Assembly: GCF_020745735.1 (NCBI RefSeq) | Contig: NC_083402.1 | Location: 7,688,001 to 7,752,000 of the forward strand | Direction of reading: 5' to 3' | From: Hemiscyllium ocellatum | Lineage: Eukaryota | DNA: 64,000 nucleotides | In this document: positions 23,996-37,019 of the stretch, piece by piece | How the letters are laid out: each line of letters starts with the position of its first letter | Numbering within the stretch: position 1 is the first letter of the stretch | Translations under genes and position numbers: made by a program | The notes under the pieces: model-generated | What the model saw: the letters and a program-made list of their open reading frames with translations, nothing else | What the model was told of the DNA's origin: nothing | The model's database searches: none

Positions 23996-26900
23996 ACATT
24001 TACTGCATAGAAAGAGGTCATTTGGACCATTGTTTGTGTGTGAGTTAACAAAAATCTGACAAGACTTCCCCCAGAATACAGCTCTTGATATTTGTGCCTT
24101 TTTAAACAACTATTTTGAGTGTTTTAAACTAATTAATGGGGGATAGGTAGAGGTGCGAGGTGGAAGTCAATTGACAGAAGTTTAAAATATCAAAAAAAAA
24201 GTAAGACAGCAGAGATGCAGGCTACTTTAACCACCTTTTTGTAAAACCCCCAAGGTCACTTCCTCCACCCCCAGAAAACTTTTGCTGACTGAAAGAGCCC
24301 TGACTACACCAAGCAACACCAACCAAAACCAACTTCCAGAACAACAGACACTAACACTTACCATTCGCTGCCTTCAAGTCCAACAACTCGAATCCCAGTT
24401 TGCAACTAAACAACAAATCCTGTAAAGAGTCCCCATTCTGTTATGGACCAGGCCAGATCCCTCAAACCCTTTAAGAAGGGAGCCCAGACCTTAACTTTGC
24501 TCGTTGTTTTAAACAGGTGTAAAGTGGATATTGCAGGAGAGAATTGGCTGGTCAAACCATTTAGTTTTAAACAAGACAGAGTTCATTTACAAGATTTGGA
24601 GGAGCCGGTGTTGGACTGGGGTGGACAAAGTTAAAAATCACACAACACCAGGTTATAGTCCAACAGGTTTATTTGGAAGCACTAGCTTTCTGAGCGCTGC
24701 TCCTTCATCAGGTGGTGTGAAACAGGACCATAAGACAAGAGTGTCTGGCAATAGATTACAGTGATACAATGATACATTGAACAAACCTTGATTATCCAGT
24801 CTTTCATCTTTTAGAATGGATTTGCTGGTTTTGATTCATTAATGTGTATTACCCAGAACTTTATTTAAGTCACATTCTCAAGATAATTTGAGGCTTTATA
24901 ACAGAAGGCTGATGCCCCCTAGTTCTAGTTTCACCCACCAGTGGAAACAACGTCCCTGCTTCTACCTTATCCATTTCCTTCATAATTTTACATATTTTTG
25001 TAATATTCCCCCATCATTCTTCTAAATTCCAATGAATGTAGTCTCAGCCGACTCAATCTTCCCTCATAAGCCAAGCCCCTCAATTCTGGAATTAACCAAG
25101 TGAACCTCCCCTGCATTATCTCCAGTCCCAATGCATCCTTTCGGAATTAAGGAGACAATACTGCAGGTGTGGTCTCACCAGCCCCCTATACAGCTGCAGC
25201 ATAACCTCCATCTGTTTAAACTCCATCCCTCTTACAATGAAGGATAATATTCCATTTGCCTTCAGGAAGCAATGTATAGCAGCTTCCAAACCCCAGCAGC
25301 TTCTCAAAGTTAAACTGAAATCCTGGTTATGTCGGAGCTTAACCCACTCGTTCAGAGTGCTTCTATTGTTTCAACTGTTCACGAGCTGTTTACTTTAATG
25401 TTTTGAAACAGACTTTTTTTCACCTCTATCTCAACCTCTTTTCATGAAAAAATAAATACCAGGACAAAATATACCTCTGAAAGACTGAGTATTGTCACAC
25501 CAGGCCAATCCCTAACACCATGGGCTTTTATCTTATTTAGCAGCTTCCACTGGAGCACCTTGTCAAAAACCATCTGGAAATCCAAGTTGGTCATGTTCTC
25601 ATTAATGACCAACTTTGATCTCTTTTATCTAACTTGCCTGTTTCCTCCTCAAAGATTTCTAACAGATTTATTTCAGGCATGACCTGCCTTTGATGAAGCC
25701 ATACTGACTCAGCTGTATTTTACTCTGCACTTCCAAGTTCTCTGCAATCTCATTCTTAATAATGTTCACTAAAATCTTACAAACAACTGAAGCCAGACTA
25801 ACAGCAGATAATTTCCCATCTTCTGCCGCCCTCTCCTTAACAGAGCCATGCTGTCTGTTTCTGATTAATCCCTGCCTCCTCAAGTGTAGATTAATTCTGT
25901 CCCTTTAAATTGCTTCCAATGGATTCCCCACCACTGAGCTCAGACTCACTGGCCTGGAGCTACCTGGTTTATCCCTTGCTCAATTTTTAAATCAAGGTGC
26001 CACATGAGCTTTCCTCCAGTCCACTCACACTTCTCCAGCTGTAGATCTAAACTCCATCTCCAAACGTCAGTGGATTATGATCAGTAAAAGAGACAGTCTC
26101 ATTGTCTCCATGTTGAGTATATAATCCAAAGTGTTGAAAAGCTGCTAACTTCCTTTTCTATCATCAAGTTGGTTTTCTGATGTTGGTTCGACCTTTTTTG
26201 AAAAATAAGCCACAAGTTTCTCCATCCCAGCCTCGTTGTCCTGTAGGAGAACTGCTCCAATCCCCAAATCGCAAACATCTCCTGCTAATTGAAATGGTTT
26301 ATTAAAGTTCGGTGCAGTTAATACACATTTATTTGTTAAAATTACTTTCAGTTTTGCAATGACTGTCTGGCAACATTCTGTAGCCCATTCAATTTTCATT
26401 TATTGTTGAACCAAGTTAGTTAAGGATGTGGCTGCTTTCCTAATATTAGATCCAAATGCCAAGGGACCTCATTATCTCTCTCATTTCGTTGGCTGTCAAT
26501 GGACGGTTAGGAAAGGGGCTTTCAGATCTTCATGTTGTTACTTCAACAGCCAGACTCCTCCCCAAAACCCAGTTCGAAACTGTGGCCTCTCCCTGACAGA
26601 CTGACCATCTCACTGCAAGGTCCCAGTTCCCAGTGAACATCTGCCACCTCCTTGAGCATTCGGTCTCTCCCAGACTTGGTGGAACCAGTTCCCAGGGACT
26701 GTCTTTATTAATGACCAACGTCTGTCTGTTTACATGCACTGCTCTTCCCCAGTGTTGAAGAATCTATGGAATTGTTTTGATCAGAATCAACTTGCAAATA
26801 ACTTCCACATCTGGCCTCATAAATTAAGCCAAATTTGTTTGTCTTCCTCAGGTAACAGTCCTCAGTTCACAACTCTAAGCAAAGATTGATAAAACAAAAT

Positions 26901-29689
26901 AAAAATCATTAAAAGTCACCAAGGATTCTAACATCATTGGCTGCAACATTTCAAGGAGACAGCTCACCAGTACTTTCTCAAGGGCAGTTAGGAACAGACA
27001 AGAAATGATGGCCTCACTTGTGACACCCTCATCCCATGAATGACTAAAAAAATCAGCAGTGCCTGTGAAGTCGTCTGAACAGCAAAAGGAGGCCCAGGCT
27101 TTTGGGACTTACAGAATCAAGCTATCTGTGCAGTTGGTTTTTGCCGGTGATCGTGTTCTGCACAAGTTCACCTCCCCCACCCTTCTTTTTCTCACTTTGA
27201 CAGCACTTCCCTCTGTTGCTTCCTCCCTCAAGTGTCAATCAAGCTTCCCCTTCAGTACAACAATGGTCACTGTGTCAACCACTTGGTGTATGAGCAGGTT
27301 CCACATCCTAACCACTCCCTGCAGAGAAGCTTTTTCTGAATCCCTTGGTGATTTGGTGCTGACTATTGTATTTATGTTTCATAGTTTCAGGGTCCTCCAC
27401 ATTTCCTGTTTTTTGATCCTATCGTACCAGTTATGAAACCCAATCAGTTGATTCACCTTTGTGGAGATTTTAAGCAAATGGTTAACCATATAAATACTCA
27501 TTGAGTATTCATTCAGGCAGCCATTTTCTATTCAAAAACGTTGATGATGCAAGGTGAATCTTTCTCAACCAACCTCACCTGATCAAGCTCGGGTCCAAAC
27601 CCTTTACTACAATCAGTGATCACTGAACCAGCTGCTTCTCATAAGAGACTGGAACCGAAGTTGTATCCTTAATTTGGAAAGGTTTCCCGGTATGGGTTCT
27701 CAATCTTGCTGAGGTCTTGTACAAACCTAAGGGTTAGAGTCCAGGGCAAATTCTGTTAAAGACTGGTTGTATGATCACTGCAACGGCCATTCTGGTATTG
27801 ACCTCAACTAGAATAGGTCATCATTTAACCAGACTCCAATTTTGATTGGTTCTGATTTAGGTGTTGTGAAACAAATTAATTATTCTACATAAGATGTAGA
27901 TGGACTTTCCTGGACACTGACTGATGAGTTCTCTTACTCAGTTTAGGTCGAGTGAAACTCTTTTACTGTCTCGAGTCCTGATTCCTGCAGCAATGACAAT
28001 GCTGTGCCGGCCTGGATCCTGAAGAAAGTTGTCACTATTTGGTTGAAGCTTGGTTTTGTTTTGGGGTTTTGCTCTGGGCTGACCTGGAGTCCCTCTGTTC
28101 AGGATATGTCCTGAGTGAGGCTGTGCAATTGCCTTCACTCAGGTGGTGGTTCCCTCAGCTCAGTCGGTCTGGTGTGGGTGCCTACTTCCAGGGGAATATC
28201 CTACTACTCATTGGCTTCACTTGCTGCATTTTCCATTGGTAAAGCCAGTTGTACTGCTTTCTTGAAGCTAGTAGGCACTTTTGCATGGTTACATTATTAA
28301 TCTCACCCCTGTTGTCACTGAAATAATTCCAAAAAGGCTTGTATTTCATCACCAAATCAACCCTTATTTCCATGTGGAGAGTCCTTGGCATTGATCCAGC
28401 TCCCTCAGAGTGAACAGGATATCTATCACTCCTGTTCTTATCTGTCAGCCAGGACTCCCTGATTGGACCAGATTACCTGCATCAGTTAGGGAACTCAAAT
28501 TCTGTGAGGCCCACCTGGCTGACCTTGTTACAATCACTACACACTCTTGATAGTTTTCAAGAGATTCGCTTGATCCCAGTTGTTTATACCTCACAAAAGA
28601 TTCCTTATTATTCTTGAGCATAGCCTCAATATCTTTGTTCATCCATTATCCCAGACTCCTACCAGCCTTACTCTTCCCTGTAACAGGAACATCATGTCTC
28701 TGAACTCTCATTATCTCAGTTTTGCAAACTCCAATTGCCAGTGGTCCCTTTACCTGTGAACAGTTTACTCCAATCAAGTTTGAAAGTTCCTGTCCCATGC
28801 CATCAAGATTTGCCTGACTCTAATTATATACTACTTTACAATGCCCATACTTTTTCATAACTAATCTAAAACTAACAAAATGACGATCACTGCTCCCAAA
28901 CGTTTCAGTCGCTTGCCTTACTTTCCAAGAGAATGTCACATTTTGCTCCTTCTCTGATAGGGACAGCTACAGATTGAGACAGAAAATTTTCTTGAACACA
29001 TTTAACAATTTCCTCACTTGTCCAAGCACCAAACACTATGGCAGTGCCAGTCTCTATCTGGAAAGTTAAAATTGCCTTTTATTACAACCCTATTATTCTT
29101 ACATAGAGCTGAGATCTCTTTACATTTTTGCTCCTCAATTTCCATCTGTCTATTGAGGGCAGATAGAGCAATCCCATCAAGGTGATCATCCCTGAGGTTA
29201 ATAACATCGTGAGGAGAATACAGACAGTGAATAACAAACGTCTTTGTCTCAGGGTTTGGGGGTAGTTCAAAACAAGGGGCATATTTTTAAGATGAGTGGA
29301 GAAAGAATGAAGAGGGACATGATGGGCAAGTATTCACACAGAGCGGGGTTTGTATGTGAAATGGACTGCCAGAAAAAAAATGCTAGATGTAGGTACAGTT
29401 ACAACATTTATGGGAAATTTGAATAGGGACATGAATCAGAAAGGTTTAGAGCAACACTTTGGCTCAGTGTTTCGCACTGCTGCCTCACTGCACCAGGGGC
29501 CTGCATTCAATTCCAACCTTGGGCGACTGTCTATGCAATGTTTGCACATTCTCCCTGTGTCTGCGTTGGTTTCCTCTGAGTGCTCCAGTTTCCTCGTACA
29601 ATCCAAAAGATGTGCAGGTGAGGTGAATTAGTTAGGGGTAAATGTAGAATCCAGGCACCCTGAGTGTCCTACTTAAAGGACAGAGTCAA

Positions 29690-30520
29690 TAAGACTGGGT
29701 AACACCCATTGGAAGAGGGCAGGCAGAGGTGACCCTAATTCCCACATCAGTACCACAGCTTGGGTTGTTCCAGGGCTGGTGATCTATTACAGGAAGTTCA
29801 TACATAACCTGACGTCCATCCTGACACCTTTGTATCAACCTGCTTGTGGTGCCTGCTTGTACACACATCAGAGTAGTGTGAGCTGATTGGTGGCCCAGTA
29901 GAGAGACATAACCAATTAGAGATGTGTCTGGGACTTTGGCTTCTGCAGAATGTAAATATGCCCAGAGAGGGAAGTCGATTGGGCGTTCATATTTGGAGTC
30001 AGCACATTCTGTTAATACCTATATGAATACAAATTTCTAATAATCACAGACCACAAACCCCTGTTACATCTTCTGAAAGAGGATAAGGCAGTGCTGTCCA
30101 TACCTTCAGGCCGGATTCAGCAATGGGCTTGAATATGAAGTGGGTTTAATTACAATTAGGACACTGTCCGGGACCCCAAGTAACAAATGTGGATACATTG
30201 AGCCACCTCCCACTGGCAGATACACCACCGATGGTACCACCACTGGAAAAGTCGTCAACGGTTTTAAATTTTCTGGACACACTTCCAGTCACAGCTGACA
30301 ATATCAGACTTTGGATGAAGACAGATCCAAACTTGGCCAACCTGAAATAGCTGGTGTGCTGGGGGAAACCAAAGGGTCATCACAACCAGAAGTGAAACCT
30401 TTCTCAACCACAGGAGAGGATGGTAGATTATTATGTGGAGTAAGAGTGTCTGCCTCGAGTCAAGGTCATCCAGGGGTTTCCAAAATGAAGATGTCAGCCG
30501 GGTGGACCTCATAGGATATG
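29690..30520 (+). mobile_element. Gypsy pol remnant (RT thumb, RNase H end, integrase Zn-finger start)
   Basis: RT-thumb motif at ~29750, KFLIITDHKPLLHLL..RIQQWA at ~30030-30130 and QGHPGVSKMK at ~30460-30490. Confidence 0.75.
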
Positions 30521-31769
30521 AGTTCCCTGACTTGGGGTTGTTAGTTTAAGAACAGGAATGTCAGAGATTCTGTTCACTCTGAGAGCTTGCTGCGAGGGAG
30601 CTGGATCAGGGTCAGGACTCTCCCTGTGTAAATAAGGGGCGACTTGGGGAAGGGATGCTTGTCTCTGTGGAGTTATTACAGAGTGTAGGGGAATTCTAAA
30701 GAGGGATATCAGGAGGGAGGAAAGTGCATATGAGATAGCCATGGCAGAAACTGTTCAATACAGATAATCCAAAGAGCAACTGGGGAAAGAACAGGGCCCC
30801 TTAAAGATCAAAGAGGTCATCACTGTGTGGAACCACAGGAGATGGGAGGGATACTAAATGAACACGTTACATTTGTGTTTATTGTGGAGAAAGAAATGAA
30901 GGCGAGGGAATTTGGGAAAATAAATATTGATGACTTGAAAACAGCCTACATTTCAGAAGAGGAAATGCTGGAGTTCCTGAAAACATAAAGGTGAATAAAT
31001 CATCAGGACATGGTCATATGTATCCCAGGGCATTATGGGACGTTAGGGAAGAAATTATGGGGCCTCTAGCTGAGATATTTGCATCATCTGCATCCAAAGG
31101 TAAGGTGCTGGAGGACTGGACGTTGTCTAACATTATGCCTTTATTGTAGAAAGGCTGCAAGGAGATGCCTGGGAACTATAACCCTGTGAGTCTGACATCA
31201 CTGGTGGGTAGGTTCTTGGAGGAGGTTCTGAGAAATAGGATTTACAGGCATGTGAAGAAGTTAGGACTGTTAAGGAATATAATGTGGAGGTGCCGGTGTT
31301 GGACTGGGGTGGACAAAGTTTAAAAACCTCACCCAACACCAGGGATAAGGGATAGTCAGCACTGCTGTGTGCAGGGGAAATCATGTCTCACAAACTTGAT
31401 TAAATTTTTTGATGCTGTAACCAGAAAGATTGATGAGGGCAAGATGGGAGATGTTATTGACTTGGTCATTTTGCAAAGCCTTTGACAAGGTTCCGCATGG
31501 TAGACCAGTTAGTAAAGTCAGATCACGTGATTCAGGGGAAGAATGTGAATTGGACACAAAATTGACGTGATGGTAGGAGACAGAGGGTGGTGATGGGGTT
31601 TTGTTTTTACATTGTACCATGTGGCCTCATTTGAAGAATATTCTAAGATATCATCCATCTTATTACAGCAATTGACTCCTTGGTCAATGTTGCAATACCC
31701 CCTCCTCTTTTACATTCCCCTTCCCCCACATGTCTCATCTGATGGTTCTCTACCCGGGACATTGTGCTG

Positions 31770-34310
31770 TCAATCTTGTAAGAGAAAGTGAGGATTGCAG
31801 ATGCCCCCACACCGATCTCCGTTCGCAAGCCTAACCCCGCCCCCCACGCCGAACCCCACCCCTGCCCCGATCTCCGTCTCCGCCCCGATTCCCGTCCCCA
31901 CGCCTAACCCCGCCCGAACTCCCAGCTCCAGCCCCACTCCAGCTCCTAGCTCCCAGCCCTGCTGTGTGTTCACCATCCCTCCAGACCTCCCCCTCTCTGA
32001 GGATGAACGATTGGTCCTCGGCAGAGGTCTCACCTTCATTCCCCTATGCTCTCAGATTAAGAGTTCAACACGCAGCGAGATATTGAACAATTCTTCCACC
32101 GCCTTCACCTCTGCACCTACTTCTTCAACCAGGATTCTCGCCCACCCACTGACGTCCCCTTCTTCCGCCTCCAACACACCCCATCCACCTGGACACCCCG
32201 TGCTGGCCTCTTACCTGACCTCGATCTCTTCATTGCCAACTGCCGCTGAGACATTAACTGCCTCAACCTCTCCACCCCACTCACCCACTCCAGTTTCTCA
32301 CCCTCGGAACGTGCAGCCTTCCACTCCCTCCGCTCCAACCCCAACCTCACTATCGAACCGGCAGACAAGGGAGGCGCGGTAGTAGTTTGGGGCACTGACA
32401 TTTACACCGCTGAGGCTAAACGCCAGCTTGCGGACACCAGCTGCTACTGCCCTCTTGACCATGACCCCACCTCCCACCACCAAACCATCATCTCCCAGAC
32501 CATCCATAACCTCATCACCTCAGGGGATCTCCCATCCACCGCCTCCAACCTCATAGTCCCACAACCCCGCACCGCCCGTTTCTACCTCCTGCCCAAAATC
32601 CACAAACCTGACTGCCCCGGCCGACCCATTGTCTCAGCCTGCTCCTGCCCCACCGAACTCATCTCCGCATACCTTGACACGGTCCTGTCCCCCTTAGTCC
32701 AAGAACTCCCCACCTACATTCGGGACACCACCCACGCCCTCCACCTCCTCCATGATTTTTGCTTCCCCGGTCCCCGACGCCTTATCTTCACTATGGACAT
32801 CCAGTCCCTGTACACCTCCATCCCCCATCACGAAGGCCTCAAAGCCCTCTTCTTCTTCCTTTCCCGCCGTACCAACCAGTACCCTTCCACTGGCATCCTC
32901 CTTCAACTGACTGAACTGGTCCTCACCCTGAACAACTTCTCATTCCAATCCTCCCACTTCCTTCAAACCAAAGGAGTAGCCACGGGCACCCACATGGGCC
33001 CAGCTATGCCTGCCTCTTTGTAAGATATGTGGACGTGCAGCCCTCCACTCCCTCCGCTCCAACCCCAACCTCACCATCAAACCGGCAGACAAGGGAGGCG
33101 CGGTAGTAGTTTGGCGCACCGACCTTTATACCGCTGAGGCCAAACTCCAGCTCGCAGACGCCTCCTCTTATCGCCCCCTTGACCATGACCCCACCTCCCA
33201 CCACCAAACCATCATCTCCCAGACCATCCATAACCTCATCACCTCAGGGGATCTCCCATCCACCGCCTCCAACCTCAGTCCCACAACCCCGCACCACCCG
33301 TTTCTAACTCCTGCCCAAAATCCACAAACCTGACTGCCCCGGCCGACCCATTGTCTCAGCCTGCTCCTACCCCACCCAACTCATCTCCGCGTACCTCGAC
33401 ACGGTTCTGTCCCCTTTAGTCCAAGAACTCCCCACCTATGTTCGGGACACCACCCACGCCCTCCACCTCCTCCAGGATTTTCGCTTCCCCGGTCCCCAAC
33501 GCCTTATTTTCACGATGGACGTCCAGTCCCTGTACACCTCCATCCCCCATCACGCAGGACTCAAGACCCTCCAATTCTTCCTTTCCCGCCGCACAACCAG
33601 TACCCTTCCACTGACACCCTCCTTCGACTGACTGAACTGGTCCTCACCCTGAATAACTTCTCTTTTCAATCCTCCCACTTCCTCCAAACTAAAGAAGTTG
33701 CCATGGGCACCCGCATGGGTCCCAGCTATGCCTGTCTCTTCGTAGGATATGTGGAACAGTCCATCTTCCGCAGCTACGCTGGCACCACCCCCCCACCTTT
33801 CTCTCCGCCACATCAATGACTGTATCGGTGCTGCCTCGTGCTCCTATGAGGAAGGTTGAACAGTTCATCCACTTTACCAACACCTTCCACCCCGACCTCA
33901 AATTTATCTGGACTATCTCAGACCCCTTCCTCCCCTTCCTAGACCTCTCCATTTCTATCTTGGACGACCGAATCAACACAGACATTAACTATAAACCGAC
34001 TGATTCCCACAGCTACCTGGACTACACCTCCTCCCACCCTGCCTCCTGTAAAAACACCATCCCATATTTCCAATTCCTTCATCTCCACCACATCTGCTCC
34101 CAGGAGGACCAGTTCCAATACCGAACAACCCAGATTACCCTGCCTGTAATCCTGATTAAGGGCTTTTGCCTGAAACATTGATTTTCATGCTCCTCGAATG
34201 CTGCCTGACCTGCTGTGCTTTTCCAGCACCACTCTAATCTCGACTCTGGTTTCCAGCATCTGTTTTTACCTGTTTTTACCTCAGTCCTTGTTTTTACCTG
34301 TTTTTACCCA
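31770..34310 (+). mobile_element. Penelope-like element orthologous to 9075-11830, with internal ~725-bp duplication and 3' deletion
   Basis: Same flanks as in unit 1. RT segment repeated at ~32310-33035 and ~33036-33750. GIY-YIG region missing after ~34130. Confidence 0.88.
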
Positions 34311-35153
34311 CCCTCAACTACATCCCTGCAATAACAACTAAATCACATACCAATGTGTTAATCTACAACCTCAGCTCATCTGCCTTACTCACAAGTAAAT
34401 GCCATCCAGCCATGCCACACTCCCTTATGCCCTCCCTTGATGATATTCACACTGCCTTCTGGATTTCCTTGGATCGTCTTCTTGGGTCAGTTAGCTCGGT
34501 TGGATGGACAGTTGGTTTGTGATGTGGAGTAAAGCCAACAATGCGGGTTTAATTCCCATACTGTCTGTGGGGACCATGAAGGCCTCAGGTTCTCAACCGT
34601 GTCACTGTCTGAGGCAGAGTGGCCCTCAGATTAAATCACCATCAGTCACCTCTCTCTAATGAGACAGCAGTTCTCTGGGATTATGACTGATTTATTTTTT
34701 TACTTTAGTTCTCCTTCTTCATGTCTCTGTGTATCACCTTCACCCTCTGCAATACTTTCACTGTGTACCCCATCCCTCTGCTACGCCTGATGAATGAGCC
34801 AGGTTGCTGAAGGCTGGCTCGGTACTAGAGTAGAAGGTGATGGGAAATAGAAAAGGTTCTGCAGGGAGGGCCCTGAGTCCTGCTCTTCAGATCACTCTGG
34901 GTCTCCTGGAAACTCTCAGGCACCAAAAACTCTCATCAACCAACAGCAACAAACACCCACAGTCGAACCACAAACCCCCTGAAACCTTCTGTTGTGCTCC
35001 AGCCTGTAGCTCATTCCACACTGTCCCAGGTTAGTTTATAAACCATGACTGAACAATGTTATATATGTTCTCATCATACAACAGATTCAGTGTTTTACCT
35101 CACTGTTTGGTGTCTGTGCTGTGTTCATATCCTCTCTCTCTCTCCCCTCACAG

Positions 35154-35540
35154 CTTTGTCTGCTTATGGTTGGTCAATGACAATCGCGGATGGAGTGTGG
35201 GCTGAGGAAGGAGGCTCTGCTGTCTTACCCTGCAGCTTCACCCACCCTGACACTCACCTCACACTCACCGGCTCCATCTTATGGTACAAGAAGGAAACAC
35301 GGGCTTTTATCTTTAAGTGTACATATCCTGGTCCAGATCATTCCCAGGGTGAGCTGTGTGAGAATGTGATACAGCGGCACGGTGGGAATCGATTCAGATT
35401 CGTGGGGAACCTCAGCAACAAAGATGTCTCAGTTATGATGGAGGGACTGAGCCGGGAGGATGTTGGTTCCTATCGGTGTCGTGTGGAGCTCAATATCGGC
35501 AAGTTTCAATCATGGTATGGAACACGCCTGGAAGTGGAAG
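35154..35540 (+). CDS. Ig V-set exon V1b, Siglec-15-like (paralog of V1a)
   Basis: Same splice sites and length as V1a. About 25 nt differences in 387 by manual count. YRCRVE retained. G strand KFQSWYGTRL resembles Siglec-15 RYESRHGVRL. Confidence 0.9.
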
Positions 35541-37019
35541 GTGAGGAACAATGTTCGGATGGTGTCACTGCCCTGACAGCTCAATGGGGACAGGCTCCAC
35601 CAGGTCCGGGAGCTCTCGGGTTGGGTTCTTCTCCTGGGCTCTTCCAGTTGGTCTCAGGCAGGAGGCAGTGAGAAGGAGAGAGAGAGAGGGAGAGACCTGG
35701 CTGGGATTTACAGACCAATCCATTTCCGAATCTGAAACCTCCCACAGTCACTCATTTGCTGTGGTCAGACCGGCTTCAGTTGTTTGGGGCAGGGAACAGA
35801 CACAACATCATCAAGGATTCAAGCTCCAAGACCCCCTTCCCAATGAGAGTCCTGCTCTATCGGCATTGGGTGAGAAAAAGAGATCCATAAATTCTGAGCC
35901 CTCATTGGATGAGCACGTCTCAGAGTGAGGGAACCCTCAGTTCGCATTGGCTGAAAATCTCACTGTTTCTATCTTCACTTTCTATTGGCTGAGCAGAAAT
36001 TAGATGGATTGGGGGGGGGGGGAGAAGGAATCTGCAGAGGCTAATGTCCTGGCGAATACTTTCCAATCCATGGCAGATTGTGAAATTAGAATTTGAAAGG
36101 AATCTAGACTGAAAAGCCAGTTTAATAAAGACCATGTAGACACCTCGGACAAAAATAATACCTGGTTCACTCATGTTCTTTAGGGAGGGAAATCTGTATC
36201 CTTGATGGTCTGACCTACATGCGACCCCACTGTAATGAGGTTGACTCTTAACTGCCCCCCTGAATGACTCACTCTGTTGTGGACAAGGAGTGAGCCCAGG
36301 AGTGTAAATGGAATTGTGACTTCAAGAGTAGGCCACAGGCTGGAGATCCTGTAAATTAACACGCCTCCTGACTCCAAAGCATATTGAGCAGTTCGAAGTG
36401 TGATGGAATACTCCCCACTTGTCTGGAAGAGTGCAGGAAAATATATTGCTGCCCTGTCACTGTCACTGGGTCAAAATCCTGGAACTCCCCCACCCCAACA
36501 GTATTGTAACAATAAAAATAACAAGAAAATACACTGCAGCAAGGCAGCAACACTTCCTCCACCAGCACCTTCCAAAGTAGTGACCTCTATAACCTCAGTG
36601 TAAAAAATGGCATCAGATACAGACCATCCTGACTGGGAAGTATAGTTATCTTTTCATTGTTCAAGGGGACGTGGGTGTCACATGCTCGGTCAGCCTATAT
36701 TGGCCATCCCTAATTGACCTGGAGAAGGGAATGGTGAGCTGCCTTCTTGATCTGCTGCATTCCCTCAGCTGCAGGGACATTCCCGATAAGGTTGTTTAAG
36801 GATTCCAAGGGGTTTGTCCCAGTCAGACTGAAGTAATGATGAAATATTCCCAAATCAAGATGGTGAGTGTATTGGAGGGAAGCTTGTAGGTGGTGATGTT
36901 CTCATGTATATAGTGGAGGGAAAGTCATTGATGATACAGCAGGAGATGGTTAGGCCAAGGACTCTATCCTGAGGAACTCCTGCAGGGATGTTCTGGAACT
37001 GAGATGACTGACCAACCAC

